64,000 nucleotides of DNA from a virus: the IMG/VR virus record IMGVR_UViG_3300026521_000161, positions 1 to 64,000 of that record. One strand, 5' to 3'. Both the position numbers and the translations under genes were made by a program. Of the stretch, positions 40,854-50,756 are shown piece by piece (within the stretch, counting starts at the first letter, position 1; each line of letters begins with the position of its first letter). The notes under the pieces are model-generated. The model saw only the letters and a program-made list of their open reading frames with translations, had not been told where the DNA came from and searched no databases.

Positions 40854-43678
40854 TGTCTATAAGTAATGAAGATATAGAGGAACTTAAAAAGGCTATATTA
40901 GATCCAGCTAGTATGCAAGCTGCATCCATGAATAGACTCGAGAAAGCACTGAACGGTGAATTTGACATAGTTGATCCTAATAACCCTATGGCGTTCTTAA
41001 TGGAGAATACATCAGTATTAACGGCCACAATGATGCAGGGCATAGAAACAAACATGAGGCAGATGTATCCTGTATTAGCTAATGATAAAAGTGATCTATA
41101 TAACCATATTAACGATAGTGAAATAAATGATATCATAGCAACACCAAGTGAGGCTATATTTAGCATATTCCTATTGTTAACGGATATAGTAGAATACGGT
41201 AAAGAAGATGCTTATGGTTATAGTGTTAAGATACCTAAATATAGTTTTATAACTGTTAATGGATTAACATTCACATTACTGAATGATGTCAGTGTTAAAT
41301 ACTTTGCTAATGGTAGTGTGTATGCAGAAATTCTGTATGATGATCTAGACTTAGCTATTAATGTTAATAAAACAGTGGAGTCATCTATCGTAACTAATGC
41401 TGATGGTGTTAAGCATGTGTTATTAAGCCTACCTATTAAACAGGTTAAAAGATATGAGGTAAGAGAGACGTTGTTATATAAACAACCTTTTATAAAAGAT
41501 GTTATAGTAGAAGATTCATTCACATTTCTTAAAGCTACTTCTGTCTCAACAGCACTTAAAAGAGAGATAGAACTTGAGAAAACATTTAGTGAATTTGTTT
41601 ATAACCCTAATAAACCATCTATACTTATTAAACCTTTAGAAACTGCATTAAGGTTAGAAGTACCGAGTGTCTATCTTATAAATAACGATATAACATCATA
41701 TGTGGATCTAGAGATATATACAACTAGAGGCGATATAGTAGTCCCTTTATCAACTTACTCAGCTGATGAGTTCGAGATGACGTACAACATGAGTGCTGCT
41801 GAGATAGACAATAATATAAACAGTATATCAACATTCATATTAGCGACTACATACACATATGGCGGTAGGGCCGAAGTGACATTTGAAGAGCTAAAAGAGA
41901 AGGTAGTACAATACAGTACTGGTGATAATAAATTACCTATAACGATAGATGAGATAAAAGATAATGTTAAAAAGAATGGTTATGAATTCATGTTTGTCAC
42001 TGATACAGTTACAAAAAGAGAGTTTGCTATAGCTAAGTACTTAAATAACCTAGGTTATAATGTTTTGTCTAATGTAGATTTATTTATGGGTGAATTAGTT
42101 TTAGATTTAACAAAAGTTTATAGTAGTAAGATAGTAAATGTTGATGATTCAATAATCATAAATCCATTTCAGAGATTTAATTTAAAAGATGGTAAGTTAA
42201 TACCTTTAACGGATAGTGAGGAGGAGACTCTTCTTAATAATAGTAAAGTTGATCTAACATCCTATAATAAAGATATAGTTTTACTTAACCCATATCTTTA
42301 TATTTTAGATTATAAGAAATCACTCTCTACTAGAATATACGATATAAACCAACCAACTATTAATGATGTTAAAACTATCTTTAATAATGGACCTGTTTCT
42401 CCTGTAGAATTTGAAGATAGGGTTATAAAAAGAAAGAAGTTTGGTTTTGAATTTTATTTCTATCTAACGGATGACAATAATCTAGATAAAGTACTTTTAG
42501 ATAAAACACTAGCACAGTTAGATATCACTGTTAGTAATGTTACAAGGTTATCTTATAAAGGTGAAGTTATACTAGATGAATATATTGGTGTGTATATCTA
42601 TTTCGATATAGATTTAGAAGGCCACATAAGTGAAGATGATAAGATGCTATTTATAAACGCTGATAGTGACGTAAATAGTGCTTATGTGGATATAGAGTCA
42701 GACATGACATTATATATCTATAGTACAGATGAAGATGTTTCTGGTGTTGAAACCTATGATGTCGCTAGTATAGTGGACGAGGACGCAAAAGCCATATTAT
42801 ATATAGAAGAATTCACAACATCTTTAGCTATGAACTTAGATAGCATCTATAGAAACTATAATGTTAAATTCTCGGATAGAAAGTTTAAAACATATGAAGA
42901 AGATGTTTACTTAACGTATAAAACAGATATTTATGAAATAGATGAAGATGGTACTGTTTTATTAAAGTATGATGAAAGTACAGGTGAAGATGAATTAGTT
43001 ATTAAGTATAATGCAGGAGATACAGTACTTGATGAGAATGATGAGCCAGTTATATTACATAGAGCTGGTGATATAATGTTAGACGAAAATGATGAACCTA
43101 TTATAGATTTCGTTGGAGGATTAGAACACATTATAGACCTTATGTTATTCGAAGATGGTTTTACAAAATCTACTAATACAGACTATATAGATTATACATT
43201 AACATACTTACAACAATTAACATCTGTTGTTACTGATGAAATACCATTATTGGAAGAAGGTCTTATAGAAAACACTAAGTTTAAGTTAACGGCTTTAAAT
43301 ACTATAAAACCTGTTAGTATTTTAATAGGTGGCGAATGGGTTACATACAGTAACTTTATATACCCTACTATAACGATAAACGTATTACGCGGTGAAGAAA
43401 TCTTAGTAGATGATGTTTTAGAAGCAAAGATAACTATGGTGTTACAGGAATTATTATCCACTAATGTTGTTTTAAATACGATAGAGGAAGTGTTAAAAAA
43501 TATCATAGGAGAGAATGTTATATCTGTAAGAATATCTGACATAGTAGATACAGAGATAAGTAGTATAGAATATAAAGAAGATAGTGGTAGATTCATTCTT
43601 ACTAAAGAACTTACTAAAAATATAAATGGTGAGTCTATAGTTAAATCTAAAATAAAAATAAATGTTATAGCTATATAG
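40853..43678 (+). CDS. Virion structural protein, baseplate wedge-like (gp87-like)
   Basis: DPNNP...YP.LA...DLYNH, IYTTRG, GGRAE motifs; 941 aa. Confidence 0.65.
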   Translation: MSISNEDIEELKKAILDPASMQAASMNRLEKALNGEFDIVDPNNPMAFLMENTSVLTATMMQGIETNMRQMYPVLANDKSDLYNHINDSEINDIIATPSEAIFSIFLLLTDIVEYGKEDAYGYSVKIPKYSFITVNGLTFTLLNDVSVKYFANGSVYAEILYDDLDLAINVNKTVESSIVTNADGVKHVLLSLPIKQVKRYEVRETLLYKQPFIKDVIVEDSFTFLKATSVSTALKREIELEKTFSEFVYNPNKPSILIKPLETALRLEVPSVYLINNDITSYVDLEIYTTRGDIVVPLSTYSADEFEMTYNMSAAEIDNNINSISTFILATTYTYGGRAEVTFEELKEKVVQYSTGDNKLPITIDEIKDNVKKNGYEFMFVTDTVTKREFAIAKYLNNLGYNVLSNVDLFMGELVLDLTKVYSSKIVNVDDSIIINPFQRFNLKDGKLIPLTDSEEETLLNNSKVDLTSYNKDIVLLNPYLYILDYKKSLSTRIYDINQPTINDVKTIFNNGPVSPVEFEDRVIKRKKFGFEFYFYLTDDNNLDKVLLDKTLAQLDITVSNVTRLSYKGEVILDEYIGVYIYFDIDLEGHISEDDKMLFINADSDVNSAYVDIESDMTLYIYSTDEDVSGVETYDVASIVDEDAKAILYIEEFTTSLAMNLDSIYRNYNVKFSDRKFKTYEEDVYLTYKTDIYEIDEDGTVLLKYDESTGEDELVIKYNAGDTVLDENDEPVILHRAGDIMLDENDEPIIDFVGGLEHIIDLMLFEDGFTKSTNTDYIDYTLTYLQQLTSVVTDEIPLLEEGLIENTKFKLTALNTIKPVSILIGGEWVTYSNFIYPTITINVLRGEEILVDDVLEAKITMVLQELLSTNVVLNTIEEVLKNIIGENVISVRISDIVDTEISSIEYKEDSGRFILTKELTKNINGESIVKSKIKINVIAI

Positions 43679-43699
43679 GACCTATGGTCCTATATAGCT
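43669..43699. terminator. Bidirectional terminator hairpin
   Basis: AGCTATATAGGACC-TAT-GGTCCTATATAGCT at convergent stops. Confidence 0.65.
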
Positions 43700-44159
43700 A
43701 GTATACTCTTTTATAAAAACTAGTTAATAGAGATTTATTTTCATCAATAAGTTTAATAATCTCGATAGGTAGTTGTCTACCAAATAAAATCCTCTCCATC
43801 ATACCTCTATTATTAAATAGGTGCATGAATTTAGAATACATAAGAGATCTGAATAATGATTCAAATAACCCATATTCAACTGTTATCTTTTCGTTTAACT
43901 CTTTAACTAAAGCTTTAGCTAAGATAGAAATAACAATTTTAAATTTATTACTATCTCTAAAATCATCTCTACCATAATCAACATCAGCTTTATCTACTAA
44001 ATAAGTAGCAATAACTAACGTCATTAATTTACGTTGGTCTTCTGTAACCACATCTATGTTAGGGAACGCTCTAACTAATTTAGCAAGAACATCATCTAGC
44101 AACTCTACTGACTCAGCCATATTATCTGGCTCCATATTTACACCGTTTATTAAAATCAC
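43698..44159 (-). CDS. Hypothetical protein
   Basis: 153-aa ORF overlapping upstream stop. Confidence 0.55.
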   Translation of the reverse strand: MILINGVNMEPDNMAESVELLDDVLAKLVRAFPNIDVVTEDQRKLMTLVIATYLVDKADVDYGRDDFRDSNKFKIVISILAKALVKELNEKITVEYGLFESLFRSLMYSKFMHLFNNRGMMERILFGRQLPIEIIKLIDENKSLLTSFYKRVY

Positions 44160-45616
44160 GACAATTCCTTTAATTTAAATTTCTCTTGCATTATGTAAAG
44201 TTCATTTTCTTGCAAGTTTTCTGTAAGAAAATTTATATCATCTATTTTGTTATAGTCTAAATCTCTACTAGGTTCTAACATACTATCGACGACACTTATC
44301 TTCTCTTCTGTTTGTTTAACTAGATCTTTGACAAGATCTAATTGCCTCATTATATTATCTTTACCTATCTCACCAGCATCTGTTTTTCTTAACTCTCTTA
44401 TAAGTTCTAATTTTATCTGTTTTAATCTTCTCTGTATATTATCTTTTTTAACCATAGTACCTGGGTCGTTAAGTACTAATCTACTAAATACATCACTTAT
44501 AAATTTAGATAACATAGCGAAGAAGTAAGAGATTAACCTTACAGTAATATATGTTAAAAATATCATTAACCCTAAAACACTAAATAGTACAGTAACCACA
44601 ACAGCAGCTAATAAAGAAAATACGGTTAAGAACGTTCCTTTATTATTTGCATCATATACTCTTCCATCTTTAGAAACACCTATATCTCTATCACCTACTT
44701 TAACTATCATAGAAGCTAATAAATCACCTATACCAAATCTAGTAGCAAATTGATCAGATAGCCTTTCATAATCTAATACTATAGTTGTATTTGTTTTACT
44801 TACTCTATAAGTTTTTAATATAAAACTATCTAATGTTTCTAATGTTTTAACAGGAGTAGAGAAGTCTGTTTTAACGTCTATAGTTGTTTTATCTATCGCT
44901 ATCTTAATAGCATCTATAGGTTCTTTAGAACCGCTAAAACGCTCCTTTAAAAAAACATCAGCTAAAGTTTTCGTTGCGTTAGTAGTTGATGTCATGTATT
45001 CTAATCTAGTAAAAATAACACCCACCTGTTTTAATAATAACGCAGCTACTTCATCTGGCTCTAACCCAGCCATTTTAGCAGATAAAAAATTTATGTTAAT
45101 AACAAACTTTGATCCCTCTAAACCATTTATCCTAGCATTTTCTAAATCAATAGTTATACCATCATTATCTAGCGCGTTCTTGATATCGTTAAGTATCTTA
45201 TATAACTTCTCTTCTCTACTATTTTTAATAACTTTATTTAAGATATCTTTACTTTTAGGAAATAAATCAGACATACTATTCATAGCTACATTAAGTAACT
45301 TATAATTTAAAGAGGGCATGATTACCCTAGATAGATCATCTAACTCTCTACGCGTGTTCTCTACAATAATACCAACACCAAATCTTTTAGATAGAATATC
45401 ACTTATATTATCTAGGTTCTTTTTATACATACTATCTTTAACGATTCGTTTATATTTATCATATACTTTCATATGCCTATTTCTATCTAAATCCATCATA
45501 GTTACATTATCCATTCTTAGATTATAGATGTTAAATATATTATTAACCTCTCTAGTTAGCCTAATAACTAGTTCTAAATCTCGCTGTGTTTCTATTACTT
45601 CATTACCTACTAACAT
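44156..45616 (-). CDS. Virion head protein with transmembrane segment (degenerate zincin-like)
   Basis: E.AALLLKQVG (HExGH lost), E.LSDQFATRFG.G, hydrophobic stretch, LQENEL C-terminus. Confidence 0.55.
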   Translation of the reverse strand: MLVGNEVIETQRDLELVIRLTREVNNIFNIYNLRMDNVTMMDLDRNRHMKVYDKYKRIVKDSMYKKNLDNISDILSKRFGVGIIVENTRRELDDLSRVIMPSLNYKLLNVAMNSMSDLFPKSKDILNKVIKNSREEKLYKILNDIKNALDNDGITIDLENARINGLEGSKFVININFLSAKMAGLEPDEVAALLLKQVGVIFTRLEYMTSTTNATKTLADVFLKERFSGSKEPIDAIKIAIDKTTIDVKTDFSTPVKTLETLDSFILKTYRVSKTNTTIVLDYERLSDQFATRFGIGDLLASMIVKVGDRDIGVSKDGRVYDANNKGTFLTVFSLLAAVVVTVLFSVLGLMIFLTYITVRLISYFFAMLSKFISDVFSRLVLNDPGTMVKKDNIQRRLKQIKLELIRELRKTDAGEIGKDNIMRQLDLVKDLVKQTEEKISVVDSMLEPSRDLDYNKIDDINFLTENLQENELYIMQEKFKLKELS

Positions 45617-45680
45617 AGTATTCCTTATCCTTTAAATTCAAAATAACTAACTTGTAATGATAATAATAAAGGAGTCTATC

Positions 45681-46055
45681 ATGGCTAAAGTCTTTCTTAA
45701 AGATTTTTTTATAAAGAATACAGCTAGCGAAATAGTTGCAGTTAGTTGGCAGATATCAACTTCTAGAACATTTGGTGTCATAAATAATGAATCTATATTT
45801 GATACAGAAAACATACTATCTTGGGACGTTGTTGTTAGGCATTATGCAACTGGTGAAAAATTAAACATTGATAATATAGACTTATATGCTAGAGTTAAAA
45901 TATATACTAGAGATATGGGTAAGATACATGAAAGTGATTGGTATGCGGCTAAACTAATAGACCCAACAAATGGTGAATCTGATTTAACTTATGATGGTAA
46001 TATTATAGGCAGAATAAAAAAACATGAAGATGGAACATATACACCTCTCTACTAA
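45681..46055 (+). CDS. Small Fn3/Ig-like putative virion protein
   Basis: Start MAKV after AAGGAG; VSWQIS...F.....S..D.EN motif shared with 8072-8959. Confidence 0.5.
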   Translation: MAKVFLKDFFIKNTASEIVAVSWQISTSRTFGVINNESIFDTENILSWDVVVRHYATGEKLNIDNIDLYARVKIYTRDMGKIHESDWYAAKLIDPTNGESDLTYDGNIIGRIKKHEDGTYTPLY

Positions 46056-46068
46056 GAGAGGTGTATAG

Positions 46069-46617
46069 TTAAATAATTTCATTTGTTATAAACGTTTCTA
46101 TATCAAACTTTAATGTATCTATAGATCCTTCCTCATTTTTAAAAACATAATCGAACTCCTTATCTTTTAATAAAGGCTCTGTACATTTCTCTAAGTTAGA
46201 ATCTATTTTTATAAAATATATATCTCTTGTTTTATCTTGTTTAAAGGTCTCATATTCGTTTATAAATCTTAAATCAGAAATAATAGCGTAATCACATTCG
46301 CTATTTAAAATATCGCCATATGCTGCTCTAACATAATAATTCTCATTTGTTAGATCTTTAACCCTTCTAGAATACTCTACAAGGAACTCTCTTGTTTCTA
46401 TAGTACGTTTACCTATAGTTATATATTGTTTCTCATTCTTCATGATATCTAGCTCTTCTAGCGTTACGCCTAGAAAACTACTAACATCTTCTTTTATAGG
46501 TTTAGCAAAACTAGTAACATAGACAGTCTTACCAAAAGACTCTATCCTCTCCTTGAGTAGTTCGGCTGTAGTATCTTTACCACACCTATCACCACTATGT
46601 ATTAAAATAATCTTCAT
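46069..46617 (-). CDS. Deoxynucleoside monophosphate kinase-like
   Basis: SGDRCGKDT P-loop, SFAKPIKE, ISDLRFINE. Confidence 0.8.
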   Translation of the reverse strand: MKIILIHSGDRCGKDTTAELLKERIESFGKTVYVTSFAKPIKEDVSSFLGVTLEELDIMKNEKQYITIGKRTIETREFLVEYSRRVKDLTNENYYVRAAYGDILNSECDYAIISDLRFINEYETFKQDKTRDIYFIKIDSNLEKCTEPLLKDKEFDYVFKNEEGSIDTLKFDIETFITNEII

Positions 46618-46625
46618 TTATACTC

Positions 46626-48758
46626 CTAAGTTAGCATTTCTGTTAAAGTCATACCATCTTTCACGTAGAAACCTAATGACTCTAAAACAATGTATAATAC
46701 TTTACAGTTATCTAAAATAACTCTCTTTCTATCAATGATCGGTAGGATCTCTTTTGGTATACCACTATTATAAATTAAAATTAGTGGTAGTCTAAACGTT
46801 TTAATATCGTCTTTCTTTTTATCATTTAAAAAAGTTCTAAACCTATCAGCAAAATCTTGGTTATCTAAACTATCTAAAAACTCATTCATAGTGTTCTTAT
46901 TAGTTATCACAGTAGGGAATTTGATAGCCATATAGGTAGGGTCTGGTGCTTTACCATAGTCTTCCTCGAACACCTCTTGCCATAACATATGGTGCATATA
47001 TGGAGATTTATCTGGTTCTAGTTTATAAGACTTAGCTTCTTTTATCTTTTCTAGTTTAAGTACGTCAGGAGACCCCTCGCTAAGTTTACTATCAATGAGT
47101 GCTTCTGCTTCCATAACCATTCTTTGGTACTCTTCTAACTTTATCTTTTCACCATTATAGATGGTCTCCATGGATTCTATCATTAACTTTTCAGCCAAAT
47201 CACGAATAGGCTGATATGCATTAGGTGCTATGAGGTGTACGCCTTTCTTTTCTAAAGTTTTCTTTTTATCTAAATTAAAGATATTACCTTCCTGGATGAA
47301 TATATCTGCGAAATAATGCTTACTAACATTAGTATTAACAAACACTTTCCAAAAAAACTCATTCTTCATTTCCATAACATTAGTATCTTTATACTTAATG
47401 TTCATATTCGTGCCAAATAATTTTATATAGTGATCAACAGCTTGTGTCATGATTGTCATAACAGCAGCAGTAACACCAATAGATTTAGCTGAATAATTGG
47501 GTCCATTAAAATACCAATGAACCCATTCACTATATGTAGCACACGTACTATCTGTATCAGATAACACGATTGTTTCCCTAACTAAATTCTTAACTGTGCC
47601 TATACTGACAGGGAATACATTAGTGATAATGAATGTTTTAAATAAGTTACCATAATAAGAAAACTTCTCTGTTAGATTTATAGCTATAGAAACGATATGT
47701 TGTTTATCTGCTAAAGTAAAATCATCTTTCTTCCTACCTTTAAGTCTTTCTGATAAAATATGCATAACGAAGTTATATATCCACTCATTGATATCTTTCA
47801 TAGCTTCGTTAATATCTTCTTCTGGAGCGTCTATAACAGTATACTCTATCATATCTGTTATAATAGTCCTAACAAGATCCTCATTATACTTTCTAAGGTG
47901 GAACATATCATTATGGTATGTTATATAAGCTCTTGTCTCTACATCTAACTTTTTAAGATAATTATAGATAACCATCTCTTTAACTGTATCTCTCCAGTAT
48001 TTTCTACTTGATTTAAGAATAGCATCCATAGCGTCTTGTGCTGTCGGTAAATGTAAATTATAATACTTTATGACTTCACGTATCTTATCTCTATTAACAT
48101 CTTTAGCCAGAGTAACTAAATGATTAAGTGTTACATCTGGACTTCTAAAATGTTTATTACCAGCAATAACTGATTCTGATAATGCGTTACCTATACCTGA
48201 TAAACATCTTGTTATAGACGTTAATGTATAATGTGCTGATGGGTTATTTAAAACTGTACCAGCTGAAGCATATGCCCCTGATAAACTATTGTTAAAAATC
48301 TTCATAGACTTCTGTAATGTGTTGTGGTAATTAAACATATCGAAGTTATTGTTCATCTTTTGTCTAAAAGCTTCTTTCTTGTGCTTAGAACGCTTTGTTG
48401 TATTTACTTCGATAAAGTTAGAGTGTAATGATTTCTTCTCGTCTGTATTAAAATATACAGTAAATGACGGAGCTACTATTTTATTATTAGCTGTCACATA
48501 GCTTATATAATTAGATAATGTGTCTACTTGTTTAGATCTATTACCATTTATATCTCTCTCGTAAAAATAAACTTTTGGGTTATTATACTGTTTTGTTTCT
48601 TTTATATATTCTTTAACTTTTTGTTTAGCTGTTTCTTCGTCCATATCACCCATAACAGATACGAATTGACCACTCATATCGAAATAATCTTTTATAGGGT
48701 TAAACGTTATACCATATTCATTTTCTGGGTGTTTAAATATATTACTTACATCTTTCAT
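46626..48758 (-). CDS. Family B DNA polymerase catalytic subunit (phiKZ gp82-like split polymerase)
   Basis: QKSMKIFNNSLSG (motif B), SDTDS (motif C), KHY, KGV. Confidence 0.82.
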   Translation of the reverse strand: MKDVSNIFKHPENEYGITFNPIKDYFDMSGQFVSVMGDMDEETAKQKVKEYIKETKQYNNPKVYFYERDINGNRSKQVDTLSNYISYVTANNKIVAPSFTVYFNTDEKKSLHSNFIEVNTTKRSKHKKEAFRQKMNNNFDMFNYHNTLQKSMKIFNNSLSGAYASAGTVLNNPSAHYTLTSITRCLSGIGNALSESVIAGNKHFRSPDVTLNHLVTLAKDVNRDKIREVIKYYNLHLPTAQDAMDAILKSSRKYWRDTVKEMVIYNYLKKLDVETRAYITYHNDMFHLRKYNEDLVRTIITDMIEYTVIDAPEEDINEAMKDINEWIYNFVMHILSERLKGRKKDDFTLADKQHIVSIAINLTEKFSYYGNLFKTFIITNVFPVSIGTVKNLVRETIVLSDTDSTCATYSEWVHWYFNGPNYSAKSIGVTAAVMTIMTQAVDHYIKLFGTNMNIKYKDTNVMEMKNEFFWKVFVNTNVSKHYFADIFIQEGNIFNLDKKKTLEKKGVHLIAPNAYQPIRDLAEKLMIESMETIYNGEKIKLEEYQRMVMEAEALIDSKLSEGSPDVLKLEKIKEAKSYKLEPDKSPYMHHMLWQEVFEEDYGKAPDPTYMAIKFPTVITNKNTMNEFLDSLDNQDFADRFRTFLNDKKKDDIKTFRLPLILIYNSGIPKEILPIIDRKRVILDNCKVLYIVLESLGFYVKDGMTLTEMLT

Positions 48759-48824
48759 ATCACATCCTTTTTTATCATGTAAGTCATGATCTGTAAAAAA
48801 GAAAAAACAGATAAGTAGCCTAGG

Positions 48825-49847
48825 CTACTTATCTAATAAAACCTTTTTAATAGCAACAGCTGTCTCTCTTGTTGTATCTTGTACCCATGAAGAATATAAT
48901 TCTGGATATGCTTCTCTCTCTAGTAGGAAATGACTCCATGCTTTTGGATCATTCATATACCCGCCTATGATCCATCTTTTATACATAAGGTGGTTAGGCC
49001 ATCTATCATAGATCTCTTTATGATATCCAGCTATTTTAAGGATATTTTGCACTTTACCAATAGGTAGTTCTAAAAAAATATCTACTAGTTCATCTATACT
49101 AGATGCATCTAGTATACGCTTACTGTATTTACACTCATCACATCCGATGCAATCTAAGTCCATATCTTCTATGTGTTTATACGTTAACGTCTTTTTAACT
49201 TTACTAAGGACATCCTCTGGTAACCAATATTCATCTTCTTCAACTACTCTAGCTGATAAGGCTATTTGACTTAGTCTACCATGAGTTCTAATTTGTCCGA
49301 AAACAAAATATGGAGCTTTAACTTCTATAGCCTTATAATTAGTGACATGACTAAACGGTATATCATCATGTTTGATACCGGCTGCCATAAGTGCACGTAT
49401 ATTTGTATAAAGCTTACCATTCTCTATAAAGCTAAACGGGGCTATATAATTCATGAACTCTTCATTTTCCAACGTGGCTACATGTGATTTAAGAGATATC
49501 TGATGTAGTACTTTAACTTCATATACATCATTAACAGTTGTAGTATGATAATCGAGTATAACTGGAGCAAACTCTAATGGTCTTCCAGGCACTTTTCCAA
49601 TTTCACTGTTACTTACATCGAGTTCTTTAAAACTTAAATCAGGAGCAGCTTCCTTTAATAACTTATCGTAACGTTTATATTTACTATTCGACTTATCCTT
49701 ACCTCTACTTATAGCAGCAATACTAGTAACAAAGTTAACTCTACTATCTAAATCAGTATTTAACGGTACATCGACATCACCAAAGATTTGGTAATTGATG
49801 TCTTTAACATAACAGCCGTTAGAAAACTCTGTGAATGTAACTTTCAT
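48825..49847 (-). CDS. thyX: Divergent flavin-dependent thymidylate synthase ThyX
   Basis: PLEF, TNIR, QIRTHGRLSQIALSAR (RHRxxS..SxR variant), W.HFL.ER. Confidence 0.6.
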   Translation of the reverse strand: MKVTFTEFSNGCYVKDINYQIFGDVDVPLNTDLDSRVNFVTSIAAISRGKDKSNSKYKRYDKLLKEAAPDLSFKELDVSNSEIGKVPGRPLEFAPVILDYHTTTVNDVYEVKVLHQISLKSHVATLENEEFMNYIAPFSFIENGKLYTNIRALMAAGIKHDDIPFSHVTNYKAIEVKAPYFVFGQIRTHGRLSQIALSARVVEEDEYWLPEDVLSKVKKTLTYKHIEDMDLDCIGCDECKYSKRILDASSIDELVDIFLELPIGKVQNILKIAGYHKEIYDRWPNHLMYKRWIIGGYMNDPKAWSHFLLEREAYPELYSSWVQDTTRETAVAIKKVLLDK

Positions 49848-50380
49848 TATTTTAGCCCTTCTTCTAATGTTTCTCTCTCTTTATCTAGATCCCTGTTTAA
49901 AGCACCATCACTTGTAAACTTGTCCCCAAATCTAGCCTTTAGCTTGTTTATGTTAGTAACCATAACCTGCTCAGCACTACCATTATTTTTCTCAATAGCT
50001 GCTAGTACAAGATTATAAACTTTGTTAGCTTCTGTTTTAACATCCCCTATGTTTAACACTTTACCATAGAACATAGTCTTTTTAATCATGTCTAAACCAT
50101 CTAAAGATAAACGTAGTCCTCTTGTATCAATTCTATCTAGAGGAAAATCTACTTCATCCTTTAAAACCGCTAAAAACCACAACATGTCACCTAGTTCTTC
50201 TAGACCATTAATTCTGTCATATTTCTCCATAGCCAAATTGTACTCGTCTAACTCACCGGCTAAGCCTATAAACGCATGTGCTATCCTATCTGTTAAACCT
50301 AAATCAACAACATCTAAACTTAATGGTCTAAATTTACTTTCTGTTTTTAAAGCTAAATTAACATATTCTAAAAATACCAT
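49847..50380 (-). CDS. MazG-like nucleotide pyrophosphohydrolase
   Basis: GLAGELDE, EELGDMLW, NINKLKARFG..F. Confidence 0.8.
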   Translation of the reverse strand: MVFLEYVNLALKTESKFRPLSLDVVDLGLTDRIAHAFIGLAGELDEYNLAMEKYDRINGLEELGDMLWFLAVLKDEVDFPLDRIDTRGLRLSLDGLDMIKKTMFYGKVLNIGDVKTEANKVYNLVLAAIEKNNGSAEQVMVTNINKLKARFGDKFTSDGALNRDLDKERETLEEGLK

Positions 50381-50383
50381 AAA

Positions 50384-50533
50384 TCATACCTCACTTTTTT
50401 TAACATCACCTGTTAAAAAAAAATTATTTAGAGCCACACGTAACCATTCCTTATGCTCATCACTACCGTGTTTGATTTGGTCAAATAACGATTTTGCTTT
50501 ACTTAACGCTTCTTCTCTTTCTTTGTCAGTCAT
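50384..50533 (-). CDS. Small hypothetical protein (49 aa, MTDKEREEALS...), not in ORF track
   Basis: GAAGGAG SD, open frame ending just before mazG-like start. Confidence 0.5.
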   Translation of the reverse strand: MTDKEREEALSKAKSLFDQIKHGSDEHKEWLRVALNNFFLTGDVKKSEV

Positions 50534-50585
50534 ATTTACTCCTTCTTTATATTTCAATCATTATTAGTTACATAAAAAAAGAATA

Positions 50586-50613
50586 GTAACTAGTGGTCAT
50601 GACCACTAGTTAC
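50586..50613 (-). terminator. Intrinsic terminator
   Basis: GTAACTAGTGGTC-AT-GACCACTAGTTAC palindrome followed by T-run on minus strand. Confidence 0.65.
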
Positions 50614-50739
50614 CTAATTAAACATTTCGCATGCATTACATTCATAAAGCTCGGCTTCTTCTAAAATACTAAACTCCTCCTCTACGTCTTCTGGTAGGTC
50701 ATTAACTATTTGTTCTTGTTCTTTGTTATTATCTTCCAT
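50614..50739 (-). CDS. Small acidic peptide with C-terminal CxxC (41 aa), not in ORF track
   Basis: MEDNNKEQEQ...YECNACEMFN; stop abuts terminator; weak SD. Confidence 0.4.
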   Translation of the reverse strand: MEDNNKEQEQIVNDLPEDVEEEFSILEEAELYECNACEMFN

Positions 50740-50756
50740 ATAGACAACCAATTACT

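Noticed and set aside
46626-48758. DNA polymerase apparently lacking exonuclease domain
   Set aside because: A split family-B polymerase is the known state in phiKZ-like phages
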